Source: Amoeboaphelidium protococcarum X5 (Eukaryota > Fungi > Aphelidiomycota). Taken from it: a DNA stretch of 64,000 nucleotides. The notes below the pieces were generated by a model that saw only the letters and a program-made list of their open reading frames with translations, was not told where the DNA came from and ran no database searches. A program made the position numbers and the translations under genes. The stretch is taken from positions 806,001-870,000 of the forward strand of contig JALDTO010000146.1 in assembly GCA_023515725.1 (NCBI GenBank). The letters run 5' to 3'. How positions within the stretch are numbered: position 1 is the stretch's first letter; every line of letters begins with the position of its first letter. Shown here in pieces: positions 11,290-23,319 of the stretch.

Positions 11290-13146
11290 TCACTATTCTT
11301 TATCATTATCAGGGATTATCAGAGGCTCGTCTGCAGCCAAAAACTTCAAAAAGGAGTAATCCTTTGCAGCCCTTGGATTAACACATCTAACGTATATGAA
11401 CAGAATTAAAAACGTTACGACAATTACACCGCCAACCAGTGAGCCGGCCACAATACCATTATACTACTACTCAGCAGTGGAGAAATTCGCGCCCGGATTG
11501 TAAATGGTATTGTTTGAATTGGACAAGGAGCCATTCGTGGTTCCATTCTGCGGTGGCAGTGTAGTGTTCGTGGATGTGAAAGGCGGCTCGATTGGTATGA
11601 CAGGTGGTACATACGGCGGTAAAGTTAGAGGCTGACCATAGAAAAAGTAGGCAAACTCCACACTGCTCTTCATGCTGACAACTTGAGACTCTTGTACAAT
11701 TGGATAAATCTAATCCATTCCACCAAATCTCACCTGATACACGTTATCTTAATCATACTATGTCCATGCGAGTGCATGATACAGAGTTGGATTGCCGCGA
11801 TCAATCTTCCTAGACGGAACATCTTTCCATTCCCAATTTTGCGGATTATCAGACAGAATTGCCAGCATGGATACATTAGCAGTTGCTTATACACCAACCA
11901 CACCACCGCTTACATACATTTCACCAGATACCGGGTTCATAAGTGCCGAATGACCAAATCTATTTCTTATCCCACGTCCACCTGGTAATCCAAGCCAAGA
12001 GCATGATGTACTATACGTGATATCAGTCACGTTGTAATTGCAAGACATTATACGCAGAGTTGTGGTTGATTCTCCGGCGTCATAGCTAGGATACGTACTT
12101 ACACCACCAAATGTAATAAAAAATGTCTGATTAGAGATGATATTGTGATAAAACACAGTGGAGTGAGAGGCAGCGAAGAATGGAGCATTACTCAATTGGA
12201 CAAAATCGACCACAGTGTATGTGTAATTCTCCGTAATATTAATACGGATTCTGTACATAGTGTCCATCACTGTGCCATTAATGTTCACACCGCCATTCAT
12301 AATAAACTGATCCTTCTATGAATCATGAACCATACTATGAAGGTACAAAGCAGGAAGATCCGGTGACGACAATTATTTCCATTACAGAGTACGGATATCC
12401 AGAATCCAGAGATCATTAAGAACTGTGAGATATTAAGACACAGCTCGGCTATTGTTATACTACACAAATGTACTATTTGGCAATGAATTTACTCCACCAT
12501 GAAGTAATGCATAGCGACCACTTGAATGCAGAGTCATCACATGGAAGAATCTGCGTGATGGGGAGTTTACAATATCACCGTCCACCACCGACCAGCTCTT
12601 GTTACGTGCATTAAAAAACAATAGACTATTCTCACAGATGGTAGTATACGACGCATTCACACTAATATACTGCTATTAATAAGGAATAATGGAACTAATG
12701 GTAGATGTCTGAGCCAATACTGATGTGCTAAAGGAGGTAGTTGTGCTAGCGGTGGAATTTGAATTAACAGATGAGCTTACTACCAGCGATTACGATAGCG
12801 AAGTGGCCATTGATGTGGTAAAATTCATAGTGCTTGAAGGAGGTGTTGTCGTCGTAGTGGATGTAGTAGTAGTAGTAGTTGTTGTCGTAGTGGTAGTAGT
12901 TGTAGTGTAATTAACAGGCAATAGAAGCGTTTGATTAGACAATATCTTGAAGCCACCAAAGCAGATGATCGAGCCATAAGATACATTATTAGAGACACAG
13001 ACATGACCAGCGCGTGCAATATCAGCAGGCGCAATGTACAATGATGCAAATTCAGCAGAGTGTTACCAGTACGCTGCTCCAACCAGGTTTGATACAATCA
13101 TCAAACAGATGATAATCCAGCGAATAAAGCCCTAATGTTACTCCAT
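11290..13146 (-). CDS. Type I membrane protein: signal peptide, kelch-like repeats, poly-Thr insert, Pro-rich stalk, one TM helix (618 aa; alternative in-frame start 13359)
   Basis: MEQHQGFIRWIIICLMIVSNLVGA; kelch-like RAGH...FGG, RRFFH...LLHGG, NRFGHSA...VSGG; TM GIVAGSLVGGVIVVTFLILFIYV; TGA at 11290. Confidence 0.8.
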
Positions 13147-13986
13147 TTTATTAATACAATCTGCAGTGTAACTAATGAATAAAAAATAACGGCAAATGTG
13201 ATAGTAATCAGCGAAGGAGCAATATGACTTCATAGCAGAACAAAGTATCAAAAGATTCGTTGCCATGGTAACCACCGCTATGCCTGCTCTCATGCAGCAA
13301 TCCTCCGCCATTGGTGAGGAAGACATGAGGTATTTGGCGATTATGTTTATTGTCTCCATTCAACATTTCTAATGCTCGACGCGTTCCTTTGAGACATTAG
13401 CCACCTCTAATGAGGACACCTACACTGCAATGTTAAGAATATAAATAAACAGTTCTAAGTATATACGTACCATCAATGTCCAAGGCAACTCCAAACTTGG
13501 ATGTAGATGCAAGACGCGACTTTTAAATTAATCTGATAACCATTGAACGTTAGAACTTACAAACATAAACGGAAGTTCGTTCTCTAGTGTCTAACAACAA
13601 AAAGGTTAAAAAGTTTTCAAGATTTATGGTACAGAGTAAAGAAAGGGGACAGGTGTATCCATGTCTGGGCTACTATATAAGAAACTTATTCACGCGGATG
13701 ATGGATATAAAAATTAAGACAGTTCTTGGCTGAAAATAGATCGGCAGAGGTTGTATGTCAGCAAATACAATATTGGAGCGGTAATCTTTAAAGCGTCCCA
13801 TGAACAATATTGTACTGCTGTACAAATCCCTTTGATGCGCTTACGACGCGGATATTTGATGACCAGTTTGGACTTATGAACAAGATAATGCGATATAACA
13901 TGTGATTCCAGCCCTGTAATAATGCCATTATCCGAATTAAGAAATAACGCCCAGGCAACCGCGCGAATTAATTTTATTCAGAGCTT

Positions 13987-14901
13987 TCACTCGCCAAGGG
14001 ACTCGACTGAAAAAGCCGTAGATGGAGGTGGGTACACGCTTCATGACAACATTTTATAATGTAATAAACAAAGCGATACACCGGCAACACCTTCGCCTCG
14101 TCATAACAGTCCAAGGGCATGGAATACGCGTCACTTTTCCACAGCAATCCAGCTTCATCAATAAAAATAAATTTCCATGTTTCCGCATTGGATAGAATTC
14201 CCCACACGCTCTTTTTAGGCTTATGAGCGTCCACGCGAATTTTGTATAAAGTAGCAGCTTCATATCCGATATTCCGATGCTTGTTTTTGCCTCCACAGCA
14301 ACCAGATGGACTTCGCGAGGAATCGCCTTGGATAGAATATCTTTTCCTTTTCCAAATCCAATTGTGTAGTCTGTTCTTCCTTTCAGCTTGCGTTTTTTAG
14401 CCCCATTTGACTCCGTCACCGACAATTCCAGCTCTGGAAAAAGTCGCAAACATCCTTCGAATTCAGGGCGATGAATGGTATCCAGAAGGAAAAGGTTGAG
14501 GAAAAAGCGACGGCCGGCTTCAGTAAACTGATGGACACCTTAGCAAATTTCTTCAAATGCAGTCTGGAATCCAGGACGCGGCTGAATATTTTCATCGATG
14601 AAGAAGCTGGTCCAACGTCGAGGAGAGTATCGACACCGGTAACTGACTGAGTCCATTCTTCATCAGCATCTTTGAATGTCATGACTTCTGTAGGTTCCTT
14701 GATGGCGAGCTTGATGAACGATTCGTAGCGCTTGGCAGAGGCTTCCAGTTTCTCGAGCAACTTGTCAATGCCAGCCAGCTCGATTTCCTCTTCATCCGTA
14801 ATGGTTCCTTGCTGGTCCTTCTTCTGCAAGCGAGTCTGTTTCTTAACGAGGTCTGTAATTTCTAGCTCTAAGGCAGCTAGTTACTGATTGTAAAAATCCA
14901 T
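13987..14901 (-). pseudogene. Frameshifted PD-(D/E)xK restriction-endonuclease-like gene, Crinkler C-terminal REase type
   Basis: Joining frames gives an N-terminal coiled coil, then TEAGRRFFLNLFL...FPE...KGRTDYTIG...LVAVEAK...EAATLY...VWGILSNAETWKFIFID. Frame changes near 14630 and 14260, probably also 14030. Confidence 0.65.
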
Positions 14902-15447
14902 TTTATTGTAAACACTGTTTTCTGTTGTTAATGCATAAAAGACAGGAGTAATTGATCAGTTTTGCGCTCTTTTCGTTTCGCAACATTACAGTCCGTTTCA
15001 GCAAAATGTCCGATCCAAGGGAAAAAATATGAACTGTTTCTAAAAACGATGGAGTTTTGATGAACTTTCCTACTATAGTCACAATTCGGACTTGCTATGC
15101 CAAAATATACGCGGAATTAAGGCAACTCTTGGTGACTTACGTGACACCGATAATGCCATAAAAGCTCTTTATTACATACTCTTCCTAGTCATGCATTAGG
15201 ATCAATGCCGTCAATAAACTATTGTAGTAGTCTGGACAGTAGTGGCGTGAATCTTTTTCTAGTTGCTAATGCAGCTCATTAAATCTTGATTAATTTCCAT
15301 AAAGTGCCAAAATATTCAATTTCCACGTTACTTAATGTGGCTTGCTTTTTTAAATCCAATTATTACTTATTTACGCCTATAAAAGCGCCAGACAGTACAC
15401 ATTTTCTTCTTCTTCTTCTTTCTTATCTAAACTATCATAAATAGTAA

Positions 15448-16557
15448 ATGGCAAAGAAAGTTACACGTAAATGCAAACTGAACACCGTCTTGAATCTTGA
15501 CGATGGTGATAAGGAGATATTGATATCACAGATTCGACTGAGCTCTGTGCATCTCACCTTTGCATCGCGTCTGATTTATCTCAGTCTTAATGTTTGGAAT
15601 GAAGCTGACAAGACACTACCTGAACTGTCTCATCAGTAGTATTTTGCGTCAATGCTGGAGTATCTCTGCAACTCTGCTTTCCATCGCGACAATGATCACA
15701 CTCGAATGCTGTCTGAAACAATTGCTCCTGGAGTGCGATAGAGATTGAGACACGAGAGCCTGATTGGTCCAAATCCAAATTTGTATGTGTTTCAAGCACG
15801 CAAGATCATTCAGGCCATCTCCTGGCATCTTACAGAGACCATATGGGTGTATTAGAAGAAGGTGATTAAAGCTTAAATGGAGGCCTTTAACGTAAAAGGC
15901 AGAAGGCTTACCGTGTTTCTATAGCTGCTCAACTCTCTGCTGACTGAAGAAGCTGTTAACACGATGGAACACTTTGGGGGCGAGTACTTGGAGATTGATC
16001 CCGCAAAATAGATCCATTTTCCCCCTGATTACGATGCTGGTGAAGATGAGGAGACAATTGCGCAATAAGATGCTGCTATCAAGGACGAGTTGCTGCAATT
16101 GTTATAGGTTGAAGAAGTTCGGCACTTAGTCTCTTTGCATCGCCACCATTTATTGGATATTGTCACCACGTCTTTTTAAGACAAAGCTCCGAGAAAGCGC
16201 TATAGTAAAAGAAAATATGAGTCCTCGCGTCAGCTGAAAGGATCGATCGGTTTCAAGAGATAGAAATCTGGTAAGCTGAAGGAGCGTGATTCCCATCACA
16301 CATACATGCCATCAAGAGCACACCATGCATTTCAAAATCAGGAGAGCTAGAAAGTTTTGGTCCAATATCTGATGTATTTGCGCTAAACTCTAAAGGAACT
16401 GGGCTTGTCATCATTCAAGATTTTCTGTCAATCAGACAGCGTTAGTATTTCTTAAAACAGACATTGGAACAGTTCAGCAAATATTATTCGTTCCTAATAT
16501 TAATCTAAGAATTTGAGCGTATCTTAAAGTACTATATATCTACTTTGTATGTACTGA
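15448..16557 (+). mobile_element. Fanzor1-like ORF, N-terminal half only, no RuvC (369 aa)
   Basis: Open with TAR=Gln. Starts MAKKVTRKCKLNTVL...LTFASRLIYLSL and reaches YLMYLRQTLKELGLSSFKIFCQS, resembling Fanzor1 N-terminal blocks; no RuvC D-P-G motif seen downstream; TATAAAA about 70 nt upstream. Confidence 0.55.
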
Positions 16558-16709
16558 TAAGATGCCTTGTCCAACTAAAAGTCAAGATAGCGAGCGCCAT
16601 AAGATTCACTCAAAATTACAACATTGGAAATTATAACAAGACGATAGTAGAGATAACATCTGTTCTATCAAAATTTATTACCAAAAACTTTAGGGCATTG
16701 CATTTGTGC

Positions 16710-17078
16710 TCATAAAAATTATTTAGCTGGTTTGCAATTGTCTATTAAGTCACAGCCGCATTCATCAACGTAGCAAGATAAAGTGCAGCCGACTCTCTTA
16801 CGCGGCAAAAGGCCTCCATTATAGGCACTGCAGTCTTTCTAATCGCCTGATATATCATTAATCTCCACAGAACTCTATTGAACAATTAACTGCGATCGAA
16901 TTTCATTCAGTTCATCTGGGCACCTATCAACAGGATAGCAAGCGCGATGATCAATGCGCGTTCTGCTGCAGCATCTGCGACACATCTTTGAACATTTCTA
17001 ATCAGCAACCGTATCACCTGCAAGAACCAAAACAACCATACAAACTAGATAAGTTATCAATAGTCTACAAGCAATCAT
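16710..17078 (-). CDS. Small secreted cysteine-rich protein (122 aa, 12 Cys in the mature part)
   Basis: Signal-like MIACRLLITYLVCMVVLVLAG, then CSKMCRRCC-x9-C-x5-C and C-x14-CTLSCYVDECGCDLIDNC; clean ATG-TGA frame. Confidence 0.8.
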
Positions 17079-17177
17079 GACTGTTCTAAGATCTTTTTTT
17101 AGGATTATTAGCGTTGATTCAAGGAATCAACTGTCCTCACCATCATGCTTTTATTATTACAAAGTAAATTTGCATCT

Positions 17178-17393
17178 GAGCGAAGCCCAGTCCGACTTTG
17201 TCGGTGAGCTCTGCTACGCTCTGCTTCGCAGGAAAGTGAAGTGCTCTGCGGACAGGCCACGGGAATTTAGCACAGTTGGCCCAAGTGCTCTTTTGGGCTG
17301 TTCCCCCTATTTGATTGAATAAAGAATTCCTAAGTATCAGGAAGGAGCTGTTTAGCCGTACTCTTTCCCCTGCACCCCCACTCGCTTTTTTTT
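17178..17393 (+). ncRNA. Unassigned structured RNA candidate ending in an oligo-T run
   Basis: GC-rich intergenic island with several stems (GGCCCAA/TTGGGCT, GGAAGGAG/CTCTTTCC, GGGAATTT/GAATTCCT, TCCG/CGGA, terminal AGCGA/TCGCT) followed by T8. Confidence 0.4.
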
Positions 17394-17640
17394 GCAAAAT
17401 CTCCCGGCCAAAGAACACCAATAGAATCTGCAGGAGTATTAATAAAAGAGCTTGACGTGTTTGCTCTCTTAGTCCAAACGCCCATCAATTCAACTATCTC
17501 ACGAACGCGCGCGTTAACCGAAATCAACCGAAAATTCAAAGAATCCAAAATTGGCGAAATCTTTCCGATGCAATTTAGTGCTGTACCATCATTAGTAGCT
17601 CACCTTTATTTGAGGACGTTAAAAGATTTTAATAAATAAA

Positions 17641-18108
17641 ATGGCAAGTAAAAAGGGAAAAGCCGCTGCAGCCGCATAGACTGCTAAGGAGCCAACATCG
17701 CTGGGACCTCAGGTTCGTGAAGGAGAATTAGTATTCGGTGTTGCACACATTTTCGCGTCTTTCAACGATACATTTGTGCACGTCACAGATCTGACTGGAC
17801 GTGAGACTATTGTGCGTGTCACTGGTGGAATGAAGGTGAAGGCTGATCGTGATGAGAGCTCTCCGTACGCTGCAATGTTGGCTGCACAGGATGTTGCTGT
17901 TCGCTGCAAAGAGCTGGGAATCACAGCACTGCATATTAAATTGAGAGGTACCGGTGGTACTGGAAGCAAAGTGCCAGGTCCTGGTGCTCAGAGTGCATTG
18001 AGAGCTCTCGCCCGTGCCGGTATGAGAATTGGTCGTATTGAAGACGTTACTCCTATCCCATCTGACAGCACGCGTAGAAAGGGTGGTCGCCGTGGTAGAA
18101 GACTGTGA
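17641..18108 (+). CDS. RPS14: 40S ribosomal protein S14 (uS11), 155 aa, intronless
   Basis: [31 protein letters not shown]...[16 protein letters not shown]...[11 protein letters not shown]. Confidence 0.99.
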
Positions 18109-18207
18109 TTGCGCGTACACTTTTATATATTCTTCAGCTGACCAAATATATATAAATTGAAACTCTACTTTTGCTATTATTACTTTTTTATTAATTGATT
18201 CAAGTTT

Positions 18208-19188
18208 TCATTCTTCTCTAAATATCTACGCATTTGATGATGTTGAGTGAATAGATTTAGAATCGCTTAATGTTACGCGCTGTACCTTGCTGTCTGAATC
18301 TACTATTTCATCAATGATTTGGTATCCACCACTTGGATATTGCTGAAAATGGCCACCATTCAACCACAATGCATAACTAGCGATTGTTACGCGAATAAGG
18401 AAACAGAGCGCAGCAACTCCAGCGTAAACAATCGATAGAGATACCACAAGATGATGCTAGTTGAAGGACATGAAAAAGTTGACCATCCACTTAAGCATAA
18501 ACTCGCATTTTAGCACTACGTACACCATGACCATAATGAGGTAAATCTCACGCGATAATATAACAAATGATCGAGCAGCCATCCGTAATCGCGAGGACTA
18601 TATTCTAAGAGTGGCCGCAAACAGAGAACCACCAAATATAAGACTAAATAAGCTGTAAAGTAAAACAGCAGCCGCAACAAAGTCAATATACCCAAACCAT
18701 TCAGTGAAGCCCGATGAGACGGCGTAAGAGTGATGCAGAGAGGTGGAGGAGAGATACAGATAAGCAATTAGAGAGCATACGAATTACAAAATGGGCAAGC
18801 CAGAGATAATTCGCGTCAATAGAGATTTCTAGATAGTAATATGTATAAACACAGCAGAGATGTAGCTAGTGAACGCAATAATCTCCACAATCTAGAAAGC
18901 ACTATACTCGTATATTGTGACAAAGTAATAACACTGCGAATAGGCCAACACCAAGAGCAATATTATGGACACGTTTCCTCGCTAAGTGGCAATCTTCGAG
19001 TATAAATACATAAAGACCAATTGCAGCAATACCAGTCCATTGTGGTAGCATCTATCAGCGTAAATAGCCTTGTTCGCCATTGTGATCTGATCATCAAACC
19101 TCTGAATGCTGTCCACCAAATCAAGAATTGATGTAAGAATGCAGATGCATAGCAATATTAAGGACACTGTCTATTAAATATCAACCAT
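18208..19188 (-). CDS. Multi-pass membrane protein of unknown family (326 aa)
   Basis: ATG 19188 to TGA 18208 is in frame with TAR=Gln; roughly 7-8 hydrophobic segments. Confidence 0.65.
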
Positions 19189-19677
19189 TTCTTTTAAATT
19201 ATTATTAAGACTTACAGCTGCAATTTGACATGAAATAATAATATAACTAAGATATAGAGTGCGTAATATAAACTGAATTCAAATACTGTATGAAGAGCCC
19301 CTTGAATGAAGAACGCGTGAGATGTCTGTTAATCTTTTAGTTGAACAAGCTTTCAGTCGCACAGTAAACCATCACATTAAAGGAAATCCTTTGCAAGTAT
19401 CTGTTGTACTAAAAATAAAATAAATAAAGAAAAGAATTTCCAACTTGAAAGAATGCGCGACATGCTTATATAAATATAGATAGTGTGTGATGGACGACCA
19501 GCAATCAACTTACAGTATCGTATCGTTTTCTAAAGTGTGGGAAAGTTTCGCCGCTCTCCACATTGCTTGTCGCTTTTCTACCCACCAAGTCTGAGCTATT
19601 TCTATTGTTCAGTTCAGCTTAGTTTGAATTTTATTAAACTTGTATTAATTAACATTTATATTCAAGAAGTTGAAGAT

Positions 19678-22084
19678 ATGACAGTGAGGGAACCGATTAG
19701 AAAGATTCTAATTGCCAATCGTGGCGAGATTGCATGCAGGGTTGTAAAAACTTGCCGCAGCTTGGGTATATCAACTGTCGCTGTATACTCAGACACGTAA
19801 GTATATCACTTAATATTATAATTAATTGAATGTGCATTAATTAAACTATATATAATGTAGCGATGCCAATTCTCTATTTGTTAGGTAGGCTGATGAGGCG
19901 GTACATATTGGGCCGTCACAGAGTTCAGAGTCTTACCTGAAAGGCCAAAAGATTATCCAAGTTGCCCTGGCTGTTGGAGCTCAAGCTATTCATCCTGGAT
20001 TTGGATTCTTGTCAGAGAATGCGAAATTTGCACAAGATTGCATCTCTGCTGGATTAATATTCATCGGTCCTCTTCCGGAGTCTATCAATGCTATTGGTGA
20101 TAAGATTTCTGCTAAATAGTTGCTTTAATCGAAAGCCCCTCAAGTTCCGCTGATCCCCGGATATAATGGTGACGATCAATCGGTGGATACGCTGTTGAAA
20201 CATGCGACAAATATTGGATTTCCTCTTCTTATTAAGGCGTCTGCTGGAGGTGGTGGAAAAGGTATGAGAGTAGTGCGTTAGGTGTAAGGTGAGAGTTAGT
20301 AAGCACTTGCTTAGAGACTCCAAGATGAGATTTAGAGCGCGCGAGGTGAAGCTATGCGCTCTTTCGGAGATGACAAAGTTTTGTTGGAGAGATATTTTGA
20401 TAATGTGAAGCATATTGAAGTGTAGATTATTGGCGATGAGTATGGGAATGTATATCATTTGTTTGAGAGGGAATGCTCAGTGTAGAGACGCCACCAGAAG
20501 TTGGTAGAAGAGACTCCCTCACCGTTGATGACCGATTCTCTGAGAGCTAGAATTTCTGGATCAGCTGTTGAGATTGGTAAATTGATCAAGTATAAAGGTG
20601 CTGGAACAGTAGAGTTTATTCTGGATGTGCAGACTAGTAAATTTTACTTCTTGGAGGTTAATACGAGGTTGCAGGTGGAACATCCTATCACTGAATCAAT
20701 TACCGGTCTGGACATTGTCGAGCTTCAGATTTACGTGGCAAATGGCGGAGATTTGTCGAAAAAGCATCTCGATCAGGTGCAAATTAAAGGTCATGCTATT
20801 GAGGTTAGACTCTGCGCAGAAGATCCCAACAATAACTTTTATCCCTGCACTGGAGATATTCTCTTCTGGTAGTAATGTCCCACCAATACCAAATCTGGAT
20901 TTCCTCGCTATGACTCTGGTGTGGTGAGTGGATCCCAGATATCTGTGTATTATGATTCTATGATTTCAAAGATTATTAGCTGGGGAGTGAGTAGATAGGA
21001 TGCTCTCAATGGACTTCGATATGCATTGCAGAACACTGTCTGTCTTGGACTCACTACGAATAAGTCTTTCCTCTTGTAGGCTTTGGATGTCTCGGTATTC
21101 AAAGATGGATCATACACCACCCGCATGATTGAAGATATGTAGTTGTAAAGTGTCCAGCTGGGATTCAGGTATGATTCTCTGCGAGAAGTTGTGCTACCTG
21201 ATGTGAAAACCCTTTCGCTGTAAGATTATTCAACTTTGGATCTTTTGAATCAAAGTCCCCATTAAACTGTATCATACGCTTCCTCTGGTGACTATCCTGC
21301 CAAGTGTGATTTGACTTTGATTCAAGAGATAACTCTAGTCTCCTGTGGTCAGACTATTCTGTCGCACTAGTTGTCCAGATAGAGCTGGAATTGTGCTCCT
21401 TTAGGATGGAGAATTGTGCGCTGGCGCCCTTTCAGAGAGACTTTTGATTTGCAAATAGAATTACCTGACAAGCAGTTAATCAGCATAGAATATGTGAGTC
21501 TTGATGATCAATACCGTCCTGTAAATGTATCTTGTTTGAATGTTGCGATGAGATTTGTCAAAGTTGTCAATGGTGGTACTTTGTAGTCGCGTGTGGATAA
21601 GGTGGTAGAGTACGGACCGTGGATATCTGTGTCAATTTAGGATGCGTGTCAATTGAATGACAGTACTGGGAAAGCTGTTGTTAACAAATTCGCTCTCAAG
21701 ATTGCCGCTTATAAGCAAGAGTATATTTGTGCACGTCCTACTAATACCGCAGATCAAGTGTTGAGCACCTCTCATTAATAGACAATGTACCTGTATAATT
21801 AGAAATGGTCACGATAATTCGCTGTAAAGAGAATCGATCCAAGAAGAAGTGCCTCAGCGGATTCTCAAGATGCTCTGTCTGCATACACTGCCTCTATGCC
21901 GTGCAGAATTTTGAAAGTGATCGTGCAAGAAGGCAGTAAAGTGAAGATTGGAGACGCCCTACTCACAATGGAGAGTATGAAGATGGAGATCAAGATTTTG
22001 GCTAAACACAACGGCACCGTAAAGTTTAATGTCACGGAGGGACAGGTGGTTGAGGCGGGTACGATAATGCTCGAAATTAAATGA
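19678..22084 (+). CDS. Biotin-dependent acyl-CoA carboxylase alpha subunit (MCC/PCC-like; biotin carboxylase plus BCCP, 780 aa); intron 19797-19860
   Basis: [44 protein letters not shown] (first Q=TAG), [13 protein letters not shown], biotin site ESMKME. Confidence 0.93.
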
Positions 22085-22231
22085 TATTTTCTCCTATAAT
22101 CTATGAATTAATGTAATTTACCATGGTCATCATCTTCTATTCACAAAATTACGGAAACTATTGTGATCCTCACGTCCCAATTGTGACACAATATCCCATG
22201 GCCAAATATGACACACCAAAACAATATGAGA

Positions 22232-22597
22232 TCAGTATGGTCTATCGACGCGCTTTTGAACATAACCACCATTGTCCTCTTCTGATGATTATGATAACAG
22301 ATTCTTGAATTCTTTCTACACTTCCAATAATTTATCTTCCGACTCTAGTTCTCTCTCCTCCTTCTTAGTCAGCTATACATAAACTTAAAAATAATAATGA
22401 TGTACAAAGCTCTGTACGTATAAGATGTTTACCATTCGGTGACGCGTGTCACTTTAATCATACCGAATCTGGGTGAAGAATGTTAGCCCAGCAGTTCCCA
22501 ATATCATAAATACTAGAAATGGTGCACCATATCCTAATGCTGGATTTCTCTTCGCTTTAGTGTATACTCTATTCAATACTTGTCCAATTTTATTCAT
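22232..22597 (-). CDS. COX16: Cytochrome c oxidase assembly protein Cox16 (101 aa); intron 22373-22432
   Basis: GYGAPFLVFMILGTAGLTFFTQIRYD...YVQKRVDRPY; GTAAAC...TAG intron. Confidence 0.82.
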
Positions 22598-22731
22598 TTA
22601 CTATTACTATCACTATCACTATCACTCGCGATACTTTTAAATTCTTTTATCGCATCATTAAAAACGTCTTAAATATATCAAGACTTGTCTTTATAATCAG
22701 TCCGCCGAGTGTTAAAAATAATAATAAAAGT

Positions 22732-23319
22732 ATGACAGTGTAGCATCAATTAGAGCACAGTTGGACCTTATATGTGGACGCGCCGTAGAGTAAGAAGACT
22801 ACATCTAGTAATTGGGCGGCTAATTTGAAGCAGATCGCGGTGATCAATAGCGTGGAAGAGTTCTGGAAGGTGTACAATAATATTAGCGAGGCATCAGAAT
22901 TGCACCATGGCATGAATTATCGTCTATTCAAGACTGGCGTTAAACCAGAGTGGGAAGATGAAAAGAATAAGAATGGCGGTGTGTGGACCTTGTATCTAAA
23001 AGGTGATCTAAAGGATAAGGTGGATACTTTATGGTTATACACAATGATGTTGTGCATTAGTGAGCAATTTGATGACATGAACAACGATGGCGACGATGGC
23101 GCGGCAAGTGATGACATTGCTGGCTGTGTGGTGTCAATTCGAAAATAGGGTGATAGAATATCTCTCTGGACAATGACGGCCAGTGATGAGCAAAAGTAGA
23201 TGACTATTGCGCGCAAACTAAAAGCAATACTTGATATTCCTGATAAGGTGGATATTGCATACACGGTGCACAAGGACGTGTTATCGCGCGGTAAATCATC
23301 TGATAGATATAAATGTTGA
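22732..23319 (+). CDS. EIF4E: Translation initiation factor eIF4E (195 aa)
   Basis: HQLEHSWTLY, SVEEFW, FKTGVKPEWEDEKNKNGGVW, RISLW. Confidence 0.95.

Noticed and set aside
17320-17425. snR30/U17 or RNase MRP/P identity for the structured element
   Set aside because: AATTCCTA only partly matches the snR30 m1 motif, there is no properly placed m2 or ACA box, and the P4-forming regions of MRP/P could not be paired convincingly.
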